Shown piece by piece: positions 22,535-37,249 of a stretch of 64,000 bases of DNA. The DNA is from the human T2T-CHM13v2.0 reference genome, Homo sapiens. The stretch is from the NCBI RefSeq assembly GCF_009914755.1, contig NC_060932.1; one strand, given 5' to 3'. A program made the position numbers and the translations under genes. The notes beneath the pieces were generated by a model, which searched no databases, was not told where the DNA came from, and worked only from the letters and a program-made list of their open reading frames with translations. How positions within the stretch are numbered: position 1 is the first letter of the stretch; each line of letters starts with the position of its first letter.

Positions 22535-23901
22535 GTTTTTGGTTGTTTTTATTTTTTTCATTAAAGTCCATTGATCATCACAAAAACCCAGGAAATACAA
22601 CTAAGGAGAAAACAAATGTTCAACCAACACCTAAGAACCTAGAGCTGTGGAGGAGATGTCACACTGGACTACTGGTGTGTACAAGGGGGCAGGAGGGATG
22701 ATCCCCATGGGGCATGGCCACTGGCTGTGAGAAACACAGGAGAGAGGCCAGGCAGCTGCCTGGGCAGTTAGGTTCACCACTGCATGATGGCAGCATTGAG
22801 CAGGTTGGCTTCCTTCAGGGTCCAGCTCTCGTCAGCCAGCTCTTTGTTTGGGAAAGTAGTCATGAGGATAAAGCTGGTGGCAGCCATGGCTGGCCGGGCA
22901 TCCACAATGAAGAGTTGGATGTTGCTGATCCTGTGGCTGTGGTTAAATTTCTGCACCAGCCTCCCACCGTCTGCAAGCCGAATTTGGATGTTTGTGGTAG
23001 TCTCTGATTCGACAATTAAGATGGAAGAGCTGGCTTTGGCTTCATTTTCTGCCAGTTGGACTGGAGAGATGGTACTCAACACCTAGGGGGCAGTGCTGCT
23101 CGGTGTCTGACCCTCGCCAGTGAAGGCTTTGAAGGCTTATTTGGACTTCATAAAGTCCTCGTCCTGATGTTCCTCCATATCCAAGTTCGCCTGTCCACTG
23201 TGAGCTAGCCTCCACAGCTCTGCTGGCACCTCCCTTCTGTGGATAGACTCCAGAAACTGGGCATCGGATGGGTCTCAGTAGCTTCTGAGTCCTCCATTAT
23301 CCAGGCTGAATCCACTCTTGCAGAGTTTCAGTACTACATGAACATCTTGGTTGGAATGATGTCTCTTTTCTCCTGCCACATAAGCAGACTCTTCCTCTGG
23401 TGCTGCCCCAAGGCCATAGCCATCTCCGGCAAATGGTCTTGGTGTACTGGTCTCTCCAGGTCTGTTGGTCACTCGCTCCACAGCTACAGCTCCATGCTCT
23501 TTGGCACCTTTAAAGAGATCATCCACCAGCTCATTGGAACTTTTCTTTCTGGGAGGGCCAACAATCTGCTGTCCACTTCTCTCTGAGGCCCCGGCATAAA
23601 ACCTCTGGCCTTCCTCCTCTTCCTCATCCTCATCTTGGTCATGAGTGAGATCTCTAAAGGATGTCACTCTATTATCACTAGGGGCTGTGCCTCTGGACAC
23701 TGAACTGGGGGTTGCCTGTGAAATGGTTATGATGTCTTCTTCCCCTCTGTCCTCATAAAAGCTCGCTAGCGCAATCTGCAAGTCCCAGGTAGCCGACTCG
23801 AGGAAGAAGCAGGCCCGGTCCTGCTCAGTGCCCATCACCACCACGAACTCTCTCAGCGTCTTCTGTTGCTCCGCTGCCGTCTTCATCCCATGCGCCTCCC
23901 C
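22535..23901 (-). pseudogene. NSFL1C (pseudogene): Processed pseudogene of NSFL1C (p47, p97/VCP cofactor; UBA-SEP-UBX)
   Basis: Intronless; ORFs 23275-23886 ([42 protein letters not shown]) and 22774-23082 ([26 protein letters not shown]); 3'UTR; TSD ACATCCACTACTT at 22522-22534 and 23902-23914; stops present. Confidence 0.95.
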
Positions 23902-24174
23902 ACATCCACTACTTTCTTATCATTTCTAAAGCATCCTTGAGTGGGACTTTTGTCTTTCTCCTGAGAGGGAGCTTAGCGACTGGGTTGTTGAGGATGGTTT
24001 AATAGAGGGGGATGTGCTAGCTGAAACCCAAACTCTTGTGTTGTTCGTCTCACCCTGTCTACACACTGTTGCCTATGGTGATTGGTCCACTGAGGATTGT
24101 TGTTAATCAGTTTTTACTTGTTTTTCTCCTCCCCCAAGTCCAAAAGTGTTTTGAAGATAAACAGTAAATATGGC

Positions 24175-24451
24175 TTATAAAGCCAGCTCTGTTCCCCCTC
24201 TCTCTGTTTTGGGAGGAAGACATTGTGCATTTTTAGAGCATAACATGAAGGAGGTTTTAGTATAATATGATTTAGTGCAGGCCTCAGCTGCTATCTCTCC
24301 CAGTGGTTTTGCTGGAGGCTGGAGCTTCCCGACAGCCCTGACCACGGAGAGGTGGAATGTGGCGCTGACGTCACGGCTGCTCCTGGGAATGTTTTGCATT
24401 CCTCTTCCTGGCAGTGGTCAGGTGGCTTCCAGCAAGAATGAAGGACAGCAG
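24175..24451 (-). pseudogene. Putative last exon (LLSFILAGSHLTTARKR...)
   Basis: Very strong acceptor cttttcctcctctctttttttcttctttggaag; phase 0 matches the upstream donor; 3' end uncertain. Confidence 0.65.
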
Positions 24452-25243
24452 CTTCCAAAGAAGAAAAAAAGAGAGGAGGAAAAGGACAGTTTATAATCAA
24501 AGTATTGCGGGGGAGGCACTTTTATTCTGAGCCAAAATTGAAATTAGAAACAGATGTCTTGCATTCCGATGCGGCACGAATGTTAAATAAATTTATTAAT
24601 GACTGTAATAACTAAGCTATTTGGCTTTTTACTGAACTTAAGTCTTGAAACTCTGTAAGAATTATGGAAAAACGACTTCTTGTAGTTGACATTTTAACTA
24701 TGAAAGCAGCTTTCTGACTGTAAAAGCAAGGACCCTGATGAAATAACCCTCTAGTTAATCTACAGGCTGTTTTAAGGTCTGTTAATATTCTGAAAGGTCA
24801 CTTCTGAAACATAAAATCTCTGTAATCTATTAACATAATTTGTGCTGTTCAAACAAATTTAAGCCAATCATTGAGAGAGGTAAACTCTATTTTAGCATCT
24901 GCTGCAGAATGTCTTTTCTCAAAATATTTACACTTCCAATGTTATTTCTGTACATTACTGCTCAAACCAGATATTCAAAACAAAACAGATTCTTAACAAA
25001 CAGGTTTTGCCCAAGTCTTACAACTCTGCAATAATATGTGTAATAGAAAAATAGACAGTAATTGAAAAGTTTGTGTTTTTCTTGTCTTCCAGCCACTAAA
25101 GTACCTCTGTTCAAAATCACTATACGGGTTTAGCTAATTACAATCTATACGTCTGTATTTTAAAATAAAATGTTATACTTTTTAAAAAAACAACTTGATG
25201 TCTTTCAGTAGATTTGGACTCATTTTGATATAACAGCAGTTAC

Positions 25244-25439
25244 ATTAACAACAGTTCTCCAGTTTAGGTGAAATCTGTTTGAATACTTCCTGTTATACAT
25301 TGAAATGGAAAGTTGGCTTCCTCTTGTAGGTCATGTTGCTGGTGAGGAATTTCCAGAAATCTGGAGAAGTGCTGACTCATAGTATACAGTGGACTGATCC
25401 AGCAACAGTAGGACTTGAGGGGGTTTTTTGAGCTATTGG
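25244..25439 (-). pseudogene. Exon, 196 nt, phase 2/0 (Q*LKKPPQVLLLDQSTVYYESALLQ...RFHLNWRTVVN)
   Basis: ttttgcttgcctcag acceptor, gtaact donor; length 1+65x3. Confidence 0.7.
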
Positions 25440-25721
25440 CTGAGGCAAGCAAAATATGTGGCTGTAATGTTTCATTTTATTTTTAGATATAAGGGTGAGG
25501 GAGGAGGAGAGACTATTGCTTGGCATGGGATCTATGTTAATAGCTTTAAAATGGCTACAAGTTCTAGGGTTAGAGGTGTGTCTAAATGTGTGTTTTCCTA
25601 CAGTCTATTATTAGAATTTGGAAAACAGGTTGTTTTTGCTATAGTCACCCTACTGTTGTTCTCTCTGCCTCTTGCCCACAGGTGAACCATGTGCCTTCTT
25701 GGGCTGTGGTTGGTGACTCAC

Positions 25722-25828
25722 CATGGGTTCTATAATGTGAAAGTCACATAGTACTTGCATTCAGGAGAGTGCTGCAGAAAAAGGTCCATGGCATTGCACC
25801 TTTTGTATCTGATCAAAAGTCCGTGAAT
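25722..25828 (-). pseudogene. Exon, 107 nt, phase 0/2 (IHGLLIRYKRCNAMDLFLQHSPECKYYVTFTL*NP)
   Basis: ttattattag acceptor, consensus gtgagt donor. Confidence 0.75.
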
Positions 25829-27018
25829 CTAATAATAACAATTTAAGTATTAGCTGACAGGAGTACAGAGAAAAACTAGCATTTGTTGCCTTTAATATGC
25901 CTGCTTGTGTCCTGTATATTTTACATTCGTTAAATTGTCTGACTCTGAAGTTACTGATTGAGGTTTTTTTCATTCATTTGGTATAGAAATGACTGCTAGA
26001 TTGGGTTTGGTACAGGGATTTCTAAAACAAAAACTCATCACCTAAACTCATCCCTGGTCTCATAAAGTTAATATATCCCAAATGCACTTGTCTATCAATT
26101 CTACAAACATGCACTCACTGCTCTGTGTTGGTGCTGATGACATGGAGAAAAGGAAAATGTGCTCCTTGTTACCTGTTTGAGGGGAGGGAGGCGCTGGGAG
26201 CCCACTGCAGGGGATGTGTCTACAGAAATATGTATAGTGTTACTTTTCAGTTACTATGGTAGAAATCTAAAGAAACAGTGAGGCATAAAAGAGGGGTATG
26301 CTCAAATCTGTGCTAAAGTCTGTGGAAGTGGTTTTTTGGATGTGATTCTGAGGCTGTCAGAGTTACTGATTGAAAGTAATTTGAATAGGCAATGTTAGGA
26401 GAGACATAAAAAATAGAAATCAGAATATGATGAGGGAGATAAGGGAAATATAAGTATTTAGGTGACTGATATTAAGATATCTGAAAAGGAAAAACAAATA
26501 AACAATATACTACAAGTTATATTTGTATGTGCTTTGAGGCCAACACCCAAAACAGCACACATGGTTTCACAAGCACCTCTGACTGCTTTCAAAGGCTGTA
26601 AAAGGCTATGCTTTTCAAAGACATTCATTCTACCCTTATGTTTCTGAGGTTTATATTTTTCATCATTTCTGAGGAATTTGAATGGCTATTTGTTAATCAT
26701 AAGGATTCACAAAATCATAGAAATTATTTTAAACACGATTTCCTGTTTTCTTTAAAGTTCAGCAAAAGGAAGAGCATATGTCCTCCTTTTGAACAGAGGT
26801 CCCAGGGCAGGGTAGGGGATGGAAATGGGAGGCTGGGCCACACTGTGCTGTGGAGGCTTAACCTCCACATCTGACCCCCACTAGCCTTCAACTGATTCTA
26901 GTGTGCTTTCTGACAATAGCCCATTACTTAAATTTTCTATCTGCCAGTTTCTTCTGCTAAAAGATCTTCTGCTAAAGAAACCAGTGACCTATTTTGGTGC
27001 TTATGAGGAATTACTTAC

Positions 27019-27198
27019 AGAATTAAGCTCATAGTTCAAAATATGAGGGATTGTTCTCTGCTTTTTTAAGTGTGTGTTCTCCAAACACTTAGCAAAGAAG
27101 AACCTTGTCAACATCTGCCTGATAATTCTGTCTTGAGAATCAACTGAATACTGTTATGTGGTTGTCCTGAGCTTTGATGTCCTCTGGTATAGAAAAGA
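27019..27198 (-). pseudogene. Exon, 180 nt, phase 0/0 (SFLYQRTSKLRTTT*QYSVDSQDRIIRQMLTRFFFAKCLE...ILNYELNS)
   Basis: ccttcatcactttcag acceptor, consensus gtaagt donor, exactly 60 codons. Confidence 0.75.
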
Positions 27199-27550
27199 CT
27201 GAAAGTGATGAAGGTGGGGTATAATTAAGGCCTGCCACTGTCCCCAAGGATCCTTGGGAAGTGTCCCAATCCCCTTGGGAGGCTAATCTACAAATCTTAG
27301 GACCAGAATAGTGACATATATGGCTCTATAATAGCACTTACAGGACTTTATTGTATTTTGTCTCTCATTCCCAGTACTGTATGAAATTCTAGGTCTAAAT
27401 TGTCTGACCTGTTTTTCTATGCAGATCTCATAAGCGTATAGATATTTAATCCATTTGTTGACTGAATAAATGAAATTGCTCTTCCTTGAGGCAGAAATAC
27501 ATTTCCTCTGTAAGCTTTTGTGTGTATACACATACAGTCCATGAAATGCC

Positions 27551-27845
27551 TTTTTTTCCTTTTTGAGACGGAGTCTCGCTCTGTCACCCAGGCTGGAGTG
27601 CAGTGGTGTGATCTTGGCTCACTGCAACCTCCACTCCCGGGTTCAAGCGATTCTCCTGCCTCAGCCTCCTGAGTAGCTGGGACTACAGGCGCTCACCACC
27701 ACACCAGCCTAATTTTTTGTATTTTTAGTAGATACAGGGTTTCACCGTATTAGCCAGGATGGTCTCGATCTCCTGACCTCGTGATCCGCCCGCCTCGGCC
27801 TCCCGAAGTGCTGGGATTACAGGCGTGAGCCACTGCGCCCGGCCA
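27551..27845 (-). mobile_element. AluS
   Basis: Full dimeric Alu. Confidence 0.95.
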
Positions 27846-27854
27846 GTGTCTGCT

Positions 27855-27980
27855 TTTTAAGACACAAAGTCTGCCTTCGTTGCCCAGGCTGGTCTTGAAT
27901 GTCTGGGCTCAAGTAGTTAGTTCTTTGGCTCGGCCTCCCAAAGTGCTGGGATTGCAGGCATGAACCATCATACCCAGCCT
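27855..27980 (-). mobile_element. FLAM/Alu left monomer
   Basis: Monomeric Alu motifs. Confidence 0.8.
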
Positions 27981-27994
27981 CATGAAATGCTTTT

Positions 27995-29020
<1,026 letters not shown>

Positions 29021-29146
29021 AGATACACCTTTAAATTCTGAAATACCCCCACTTAAAAAAATAATTATTACTATTACTTGCAAAATAAAAGTCTGCTACT
29101 AAGATACAGAGAGTTCCTCATCAATCCTTTATACTCTAATACCAAC

Positions 29147-29226
29147 CCTCCCCATGCCCACAGACACTGGGTGCTTGATATGAGGTGCATATCCATGGCC
29201 ACAGATGTCCCTGAGGCTGCTGATCC
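29147..29226 (-). pseudogene. Exon, phase 1/0 (W-ISSLRDICGHGYAPHIKHPVS[VGMGR])
   Basis: ctcttttctgagccctcag acceptor; two in-phase donors (exon ends 29162 or 29147). Confidence 0.65.
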
Positions 29227-29852
29227 CTGAGGGCTCAGAAAAGAGTGGGCTTCTCCCTCATTAGCTAGTCTGTCTACACAATATTCTGTTGATATATTTG
29301 TGTCAAATTCATTAGGTATCCAAAATGATTATGTTCATCTATCCTGATTGTAGTTTTCTCAGAAAAAAACATACTTTTAACCTAAAGCTATCAATAGTAT
29401 GTAGGCACTAAATAATTTGAAAAGAAATTTGTGAAATTATTCACAGTGAGAACATCTTGTAATCATGAAATCAATGAAAAATTTGCTAATTTTCGTGGTT
29501 TCATTATTCGTATTTAACTCTTTAATCCATCTGAAATTTATTTTGATGTATCATTTGAGGGTAGAGATTAATTTTAATTACTTTTCAAACAATTTTATCA
29601 GCACTACTTTCTGAATAATTTTCCCTCACTGATTTTAAATGCTTCTCCTATTGTATATTATATTCCTATACATCATAAGAGTTCTTGCCTCTGTATTCTA
29701 TTTCATTGTGTTATAGCTTTTCTTTTTCATTCTAATCTCTTTCGTTAAGCTAATATACATTCTGTAGTTGGAGTTTTTACTTTAAATTCTAAGGTTGTTA
29801 ATACTTTTAAAAAATATTTAAAGTAATTGTAGGCTATTCAGTGAGTATTCAC

Positions 29853-29968
29853 AGATATTCTCCATGTGAAAGAGTGCATTGGTGGCAATTCATAGATACA
29901 TTGGTCTGGCACAGCAGCCAGGCACTTTGTTAGTTCCACTTTCACCTCATGCTAGACATGCAGGCATC
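29853..29968 (-). pseudogene. Exon, 116 nt, needs one frameshift (DACMSSMR../..KVPGCCARPMYL*IATNALFHMENI)
   Basis: ctgaacttttag acceptor, gtgaat donor; 78-bp intron upstream. Confidence 0.65.
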
Positions 29969-30046
29969 CTAAAAGTTCAGGTGTATTCTTGTGATGTGCT
30001 TATTATTATATTCAGGAACTTATTAATAGAAATTAAATTATAGAAC

Positions 30047-30076
30047 CTGCTGCTCCATTTAATTGGCTACAACATT
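30047..30076 (-). pseudogene. Micro-exon, 30 nt, phase 0/0 (NVVAN*MEQQ)
   Basis: Phase fits both neighbours and recreates the MEQQD motif seen at 32687-32701; donor gttcta is weak. Confidence 0.55.
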
Positions 30077-30361
30077 CTTGGAATGGTAAGTATTTTGCCT
30101 TGGGCTTCACCTAATTATCTCTGTTAGAAGTGTACAAATGTTTACAGCATTTCCTTTTTGAATATTTGGAACAAATATTTTTATTTGATTTATGATGCTT
30201 TTCTCTTTATTTGACCAAGAAATGTTATGGTGGTCCCATTATGTGTCTAGACGCTGTGCTGAAGGCATTGGGAAGCAGGAGCACACTCACACCAGAGCCT
30301 CACATCTAGTGACAGCCACTCGCTAGAACTGGGGTGATAGGGCATGTTGTTATATCACTGA

Positions 30362-30670
<309 letters not shown>

Positions 30671-30845
30671 TCAAGTCTTATGCTACTTTTAAAGTCTTAC
30701 GTTAGCAAAATGAAGAAATGTGAATAATTGGTGAAACCTTTGAAAGCCAAGCTCTAAGATTCCTGTAAAGAACTATAGGTTGGAAATAATTTAATAATGC
30801 CAAGTACATATGATCAAGAAAATGATAGAGTGGACAGTTCTCTGA

Positions 30846-31180
<335 letters not shown>

Positions 31181-31230
31181 ACCATGTGTTCTTTTAAGCC
31201 CCATAACAAAGTTTTTTAAAAGATGGCTTT

Positions 31231-31533
31231 GGTCAAGCGCAGTGGCTCACGCCTGTAATCCGAACACTTTTGGGAATCCAAAGTAAGGAGGGAAGATCAC
31301 TTGAGACTGGGAGTTCAGAACTAGTCTGGGCAATATGGCGAGACCCTGTCTGTAGTAAAAAAAAATTTAAATTAGCCAGGCATGGTGGCACAGGCCTGCA
31401 GTCCCGACTACTTGGGAAGCTGAGGTGGCAGGATTGTTTTAGTCCAGGAGGTCAAGGCTGCACTGAGCTGTGATGGCACCACTGCACTCTAGCCTAAGTA
31501 ACAGAGCAAGACCCTGCCTCAACAAACAAAAAA
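31231..31533 (+). mobile_element. AluJ-like
   Basis: Diverged dimeric Alu. Confidence 0.9.
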
Positions 31534-31705
31534 GATACTTTGATTATATGTTATAACAAGTTTCCAAAAAAAATAAAAAGATTAATTTATAAATACATAT
31601 GCTTGATTGGAGACATGATCTTTAAAAATTTTTAAACAAGGTATATGATCAAAGACAACCGAATTAGTCAATGAGCATAGAGTGTGACAGATTTTAAAAT
31701 TCTAC

Positions 31706-31764
31706 CTCTCGTCATTATATTAAGCCCTTATACCAATTGGTATAGCACAAATTCATCCTGAATC
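31706..31764 (-). pseudogene. Exon, 59 nt (G-FRMNLCYTNWYKGLI**RE in the preferred frame)
   Basis: Strong cccctttcctcccacag acceptor, G|gtagaa donor. Confidence 0.65.
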
Positions 31765-32228
31765 CTGTGGGAGGAAAGGGGTTAGCTACCAATAATCTTA
31801 TAGCCTGAACTTGACTATAGATAATATAGTTGTATTTGAATATGGAGTATCTGTTATTTGATTCCCACTTAGTTATCTTTAGTTTTCCTGAAAACTTATA
31901 AACAGGAATTTTAGGGACACGCCTCTTGTAACACAGAGAGGCAAATATTTTATAAGCTCTGTATACATTCCTGCATTGATCAGCTGGCTCATTAAATGAT
32001 CCCCCAGCTTGTTAATGATCAGTTGAACGTGTGTAAGCCCCATAGATGAGAGGGACCTGTTCCATTCATCTTTTTTCTTCCTTTTGAAACTGGTATATGT
32101 TGAGTGTCTGATATGAATTGAACAAAAGTTGAATTGTTTAATTTTATGCTTGTATCAAGCAAGCTCCCAGAAGTCTGGCTAAAGAGTAGTTTGTTCATTT
32201 AAAAATCTAGCCTTGAGAATCTTTGTAC

Positions 32229-32339
32229 CATGAATATTTTTCTCTCTCAGCCCCAGAGCCAATTCCCACCCCTTTCAGTCTAATCTTTGGCAGCACAAGA
32301 CCGTGTGCTGGAAGTGGCATGAAAATTCTTAACTTATTC
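32229..32339 (-). pseudogene. Exon, 111 nt, symmetric phase (...FSCHFQHTVLCCQRLD*KGWELALGLREKNIH)
   Basis: cttcttttttgaaag acceptor, G|gtacaa donor; reading frame ambiguous. Confidence 0.65.
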
Positions 32340-32485
32340 CTTTCAAAAAAGAAGCTAACTGTATTTAATGCTTTGTGTAGGCTATTTCTTTTCATCCTTA
32401 ACACAAATGGAAGGGAGGTATTACTGTAAATTTGCAGATGGGGAAACTGAAGTCATCAAGGTTAAATAACTTGCTGAATTCCCAC

Positions 32486-32981
32486 CACCAGTGGATCACA
32501 AAGCTGTGTGACACTGGACATGACTTCCCAAAAGAACCCCATCTTGCCATCCTATGATCTGTAGATGAAAGTAGGGTTTGCTGATGGCCCTGAGAAAATC
32601 TTAACAAACTGGATGAGGCTCAAAGACTTTTCCAGGGATATGGCTCCAGAACTGTGACCTTCCCTTTATGGGTCCAGCATGACATCGTCCTGCTGCTCCA
32701 TATGGCATCAATGTAAGTATAGACATGGCCTTGCTCTGAAGAATAGTAAAAAGACTTCACTTCTTTAGAGGAAAATGCATGTGTACCATTTTGAGAATGA
32801 ATGTTGGATCCAAGACGTCTGTCAATAGAGAGGCTCCGAAGAATGGGGTGATACGTCACAAAGATTGGATGGGATCCATGTATGCCTCTGAACCCTTCCT
32901 TGTTTCTAGGGAGCTGTTCCAAGGCAAAGTTGAGGTCAACCTCATTCAGTTTTACCAGAGATTTAATTGGACATGCTTTGG
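32486..32981 (-). pseudogene. Large exon (or two) with frameshifts (KACPIKSLVKLNEVDLNFALEQLPRNKEGFRGIHGS...MEQQDDVMLDP...DFLRAISKPYFHLQIIGWQDGVLLGSHVQCH)
   Basis: gattag acceptor in phase with the upstream exon across a 78-bp intron; overlaps ORF 32620-32922; donor gtggga or gtggtg. Confidence 0.7.
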
Positions 32982-33059
32982 CTAATCAACTAGTAATAAC
33001 TGTGTTTCACATTTCTTCCTTTCCTTACTGCTTTCTCCTTAAGAGCAAATAATTAATAC

Positions 33060-33121
33060 CAGAAATTTCTGTCTTGGGTATTATGGGACGTGTGTGGCTA
33101 TAAATGAAGAAATTACAGAAC
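33060..33121 (-). pseudogene. Exon, 62 nt, phase 2/1 (FCNFFIYSHTRPIIPKTEIS)
   Basis: tatcttccatgtag acceptor, G|gtatta donor, open frame. Confidence 0.7.
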
Positions 33122-33166
33122 CTACATGGAAGATACCAGAAACAATACCCAGTCGTTTTGTTGTGA

Positions 33167-33457
33167 TTTTTTTTTCTTTTTTTTTTTTTTGAGACCGAGT
33201 CTCACTCTGTCAGCACAATCTCGGCTCACTGTAACCTCCGCCTCCTGGGTCCCCATTCAAGCAATTCTCCTGCCTTAGCCTCCGGAGTAGCTGGGATTAC
33301 AGGCACGCACCACCATGCCCAGCTAATTTTTGTGTTTTTAGTAGAGATGGGGTTTCACCATGTTGGCCAGGCTGGTCTTGAACTCCTGACCTCGTGATCC
33401 GCCCACCTCAGCCTCCCAAAGTGCTGGGATTACAGGCGTGAGCCACCGCGCCTGGCC
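33167..33457 (-). mobile_element. AluS
   Basis: Alu body with a small deletion. Confidence 0.93.
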
Positions 33458-33595
33458 ACTCTTTATTTTTTTATTTTCCTCTACTCAAGACAGCTTAGAA
33501 GAGAGATCCATTTTGCATTTGGAATTCTTCCAGTTAGTTTTGAAATCTAATCAACAAGATTGGGGAGTGTTTTGTGTTAATGAAATATGTTCCTA

Positions 33596-34082
<487 letters not shown>

Positions 34083-34702
34083 TTACCCACATGTGTTTTC
34101 CCTCCCATGGTGTCTTTCCCTAAATCTGTGAAGAAAATAACTGTTTTAAAATTCATTTATTTTCTCCATTTGGTTGTCAGCAGCAGGAAAGGCTGCTGAA
34201 GGATCCGAGCCAGTGTGGAAATGGGAAGGGCCTGTGAGCTCAGAGGGAAAGAGGAAGTCTCTATGTCCCGGTTACCAGCATGACCCCAGGTCAAATGACT
34301 CCCTCACCCTCTCCTCCTGCCAAGGTTGGTTAGGGTTCAAATGTGTTCCTACCCAAAATCACACAATGTCACTGTGTGGGATGCACAATATTCCATTGCT
34401 TTGCTCTGTTAAAAAAGACAGTTAAAAGTAAGAAGTATTTGTTGCAATTTTTAAAAACATGGTTTTTAAAGCTATCTTATTAGTTTTTAATGCTAAAAGC
34501 ATTTTATTTACTGAAGATTCTTGGTTTTGGATAGGTTTTATTTTTTCATTAGGTGGTAGTACTCTGTTTCTGAGAAAGCTCTTTATTATGCATTATTTGT
34601 GAAATCTCTAGTAACCTGATGATGTTTCTGTCACATTGTTTTGAAAGGAATAGTTTAAAGATTTAAAGTGATCTTTTTTTGTTGTATGTGTGTGTGTGGT
34701 TT

Positions 34703-34893
34703 GCTTTCTTTCTTTCTATTTTTTATTTATTTATTTTATTTTATTTTATTTTTTGAGCGAGGGTCTCACCCTGTCCCCCAGGCTGGAGTACAGTGGCACA
34801 ATCTCAGCTCACTGCAGCCTCGACCTCCCAGGCTCAGGCAATCCTCCCACCTCGAATTGTTGGGACTACAGGCATAGCGAGCCACCATGCATG
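34703..34893 (-). mobile_element. Alu right arm (FRAM/AluJ)
   Basis: T-rich tail plus one monomer. Confidence 0.85.
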
Positions 34894-35808
34894 GCTTTTC
34901 TTTTTTAATGCAAGTATTTCTTTTGGAATTTGAACTTTAATACTACTTTGGTGTGTTTTCACCTAAATTCCATTTTGTGAGCTTCTTAGTATTTGATTGA
35001 AAACCTATTTCGTTTTACTTGACCCTAACTAGATCAACAAGATAAGGATATTACCCAAAGGTCATTTCTAGTAGGATTGTGGCCACAAACGTCAATTCTG
35101 TAGCCAAGTATGGACTAATGTGGACTGAGAACTTGGCTTAGAGGAAAGACGCATTTCCACCTGTTCAGGGAGGTTTGAAGATTATCCATGTTTTGAGGGA
35201 AAAGGCCAGCTGAATGTGGAGAGTGCAAAGGTGTAACTGTCACTTGAGCTTTTCAGAAGTCCTTCGATGTAGCTGCCAACTTAAACCACCTCAAGTCCAG
35301 CCAGTACAGCAGCTCTGCTTTATCTTCAGTGTGAGTCTGTCTCCCTGCCGGCTGGTGATGGGGGTCAGGCTGGATCATGGATGCGACCACCCTGCACCCA
35401 GGCCTGCCTCTCTTTTCCCTGTTACATAGTGCTGGGCAGCCTCTGGGGGCCTCACAGATTTTTGTTTTTTAGTGGTAATAACAGCATGATCAGGCCGCAG
35501 CCTTCTCAATAAGAAGTGCTAACTTCCTCAGGAAAACAGAAGTGTGGTATGCACCATTACATAACCCAGTTTCTCTGGTGATACAATTTTACTTTTTGAG
35601 AGCTGTTTTGAAGTCTTCCCACAGAACTGCAGGCCTCTCTGTTTTCCCGTATGAGGTGAGGAGATGGCAGTTTTGTCCACACACCTATGAAAAAACACAA
35701 TGACAGATTAAGTGTCCTGAAGTGTCGGAAGGATACCTGGTGTGGTAGCTTCTAAAATACCACCAAAAGTTATTTTAGAGATGAATTAATTAGAATTGAC
35801 ATCTGAGT

Positions 35809-35960
35809 TAGGTTACCAAATGAAATAAAGGGTGCCAGGTAAATGTAAACTTTAGATAAACTATCAGGCACATGTATGCTAAAAAAATTATTCATTGTTT
35901 ATCTGAAATTTACATTTACCTGGGCATCCTGTATTTTATTAGGTAAATCAGGCGACTCTC
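35809..35960. mobile_element. MER53-like palindromic hAT MITE
   Basis: Inverted arms caggtaaatgtaaactttagataaac / gtttatctgaaatttacatttacctg. Confidence 0.7.
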
Positions 35961-37249
35961 CACCTGAAACTAGATTATGCAAACTAAGAATTAACATAAA
36001 AAGTACTGTCATTGTGTGGATGAGAAATCTCCTCCTCCTCTTCTCCTAAACCAGTTTAGGAAGCCTGTGCTTCGTCATTTCTCATATACTCTCCTCCCAT
36101 GTACATCCAGATTAAAATGTGTGTATTTGGCATGTGGCTCACTGTTTCACATGCCTAACTGCAGCCCCTCTGGGATCCTATAGTCGCAGCACTATTTTGG
36201 TAGGTCAGCCATGGGCAGCAGGTCCTGTACTCTCCTGACCACCCCCGAGGAACTGCAGGCTCTCAGCATTTGCGTGTGTCCCTCCTCAGAGCCGTGGGAC
36301 AACCCCAGCCAGCTAGAGGCAGAGAGACAGGCACGTAAACCTCCTGGCACGTCTTGCGGGTGCCTGGGCCAAAGTATGCGACTGTCCTGATTCTCTGAAG
36401 GTCTCAAAGCATTTTCATATTAAGTTATTCAAGTGACCCAGAGAACAAGAAAGGAGTTGCTACTGCATGATGTCAGAGAACACTCAGAGGTTGGAAGGGA
36501 ATTGGGAGAACTAAGTAATTATTAATAAATTCTAAAAGTTTAATACTCAGTATTCAAAGGAGAAAGAGTGGAGCTAACACTTTGTACCAAGGGTGCTGGT
36601 CTTGGGAATTAAGATATCTCCTGCAAGAGATTTCTGATACAATTTAGTAAAATGTAGTTTTTAGGGGAGATCTTTTACAGAAGGAAGCTTTTATTTCCAA
36701 AGGACTTCATGAAAGGTGTAAAGGCCACACTGTGAATTAGGGATGACACACCCTGTTTTGAATTGGATTTCCTGCTAGTTCTGATCCGAGGCATTCTTCC
36801 CGGACTAGGGTGAATTCAGTTCCAGTGTTTGCTTGAAAACTGAATCTGGTCATTGTATTTGCAGTTTGGCTTCCTGCCTGCTGTTAAAGTACAGAGCAAA
36901 CTTCAGCTAGTTACTCCCTATGATTCTGTGTCCTCCTAAAGAGCAGGGAAAGAAGAGGGAAAAACCCAGGGGGTGACTGAGTTCATTTACATGTTGTGCC
37001 AAAGGGCAGCTGCTTGCTGCCTTGTCGTCACAAGATTCTGTGGAGAATCCTGATAGTCCATTTACCAGAATAGGAGCCTGGAAAACAAAAGGAAAAAAAG
37101 TATCTTTCTTTCTATGGTTCTAGCTTTGGCATTACTAACTGAATAACCTACTTTCTTTTTCTTTAACCAACATAGGTGAAAACTTAGAAAATTTTATGTT
37201 CTCCCTCTTTCCAAAGTTTTCTGTATGAAGAAAGAACTTATAAAAAGCC

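Noticed and set aside
31706-32339. Alternative frame IRLKGVGIG...SWIQDEFVLYQLV*GLNIMTRE, resembling SelO/CotH-type kinase motifs
   Set aside because: It has fewer stops, but does not reproduce the GFR/MEQQD internal repeat and no catalytic motifs follow; kept only as a fallback until an ortholog fixes the frame
32736-32786. Possible GT-AG intron inside the large exon
   Set aside because: Only 51 bp (below the usual human minimum) and open in frame; cannot be decided, so treated as exonic
35257-35330. Plus-strand exon-like block (ttttcag...gtgagt)
   Set aside because: Isolated, with no phase-compatible plus-strand partners; overlaps a minus-strand candidate exon
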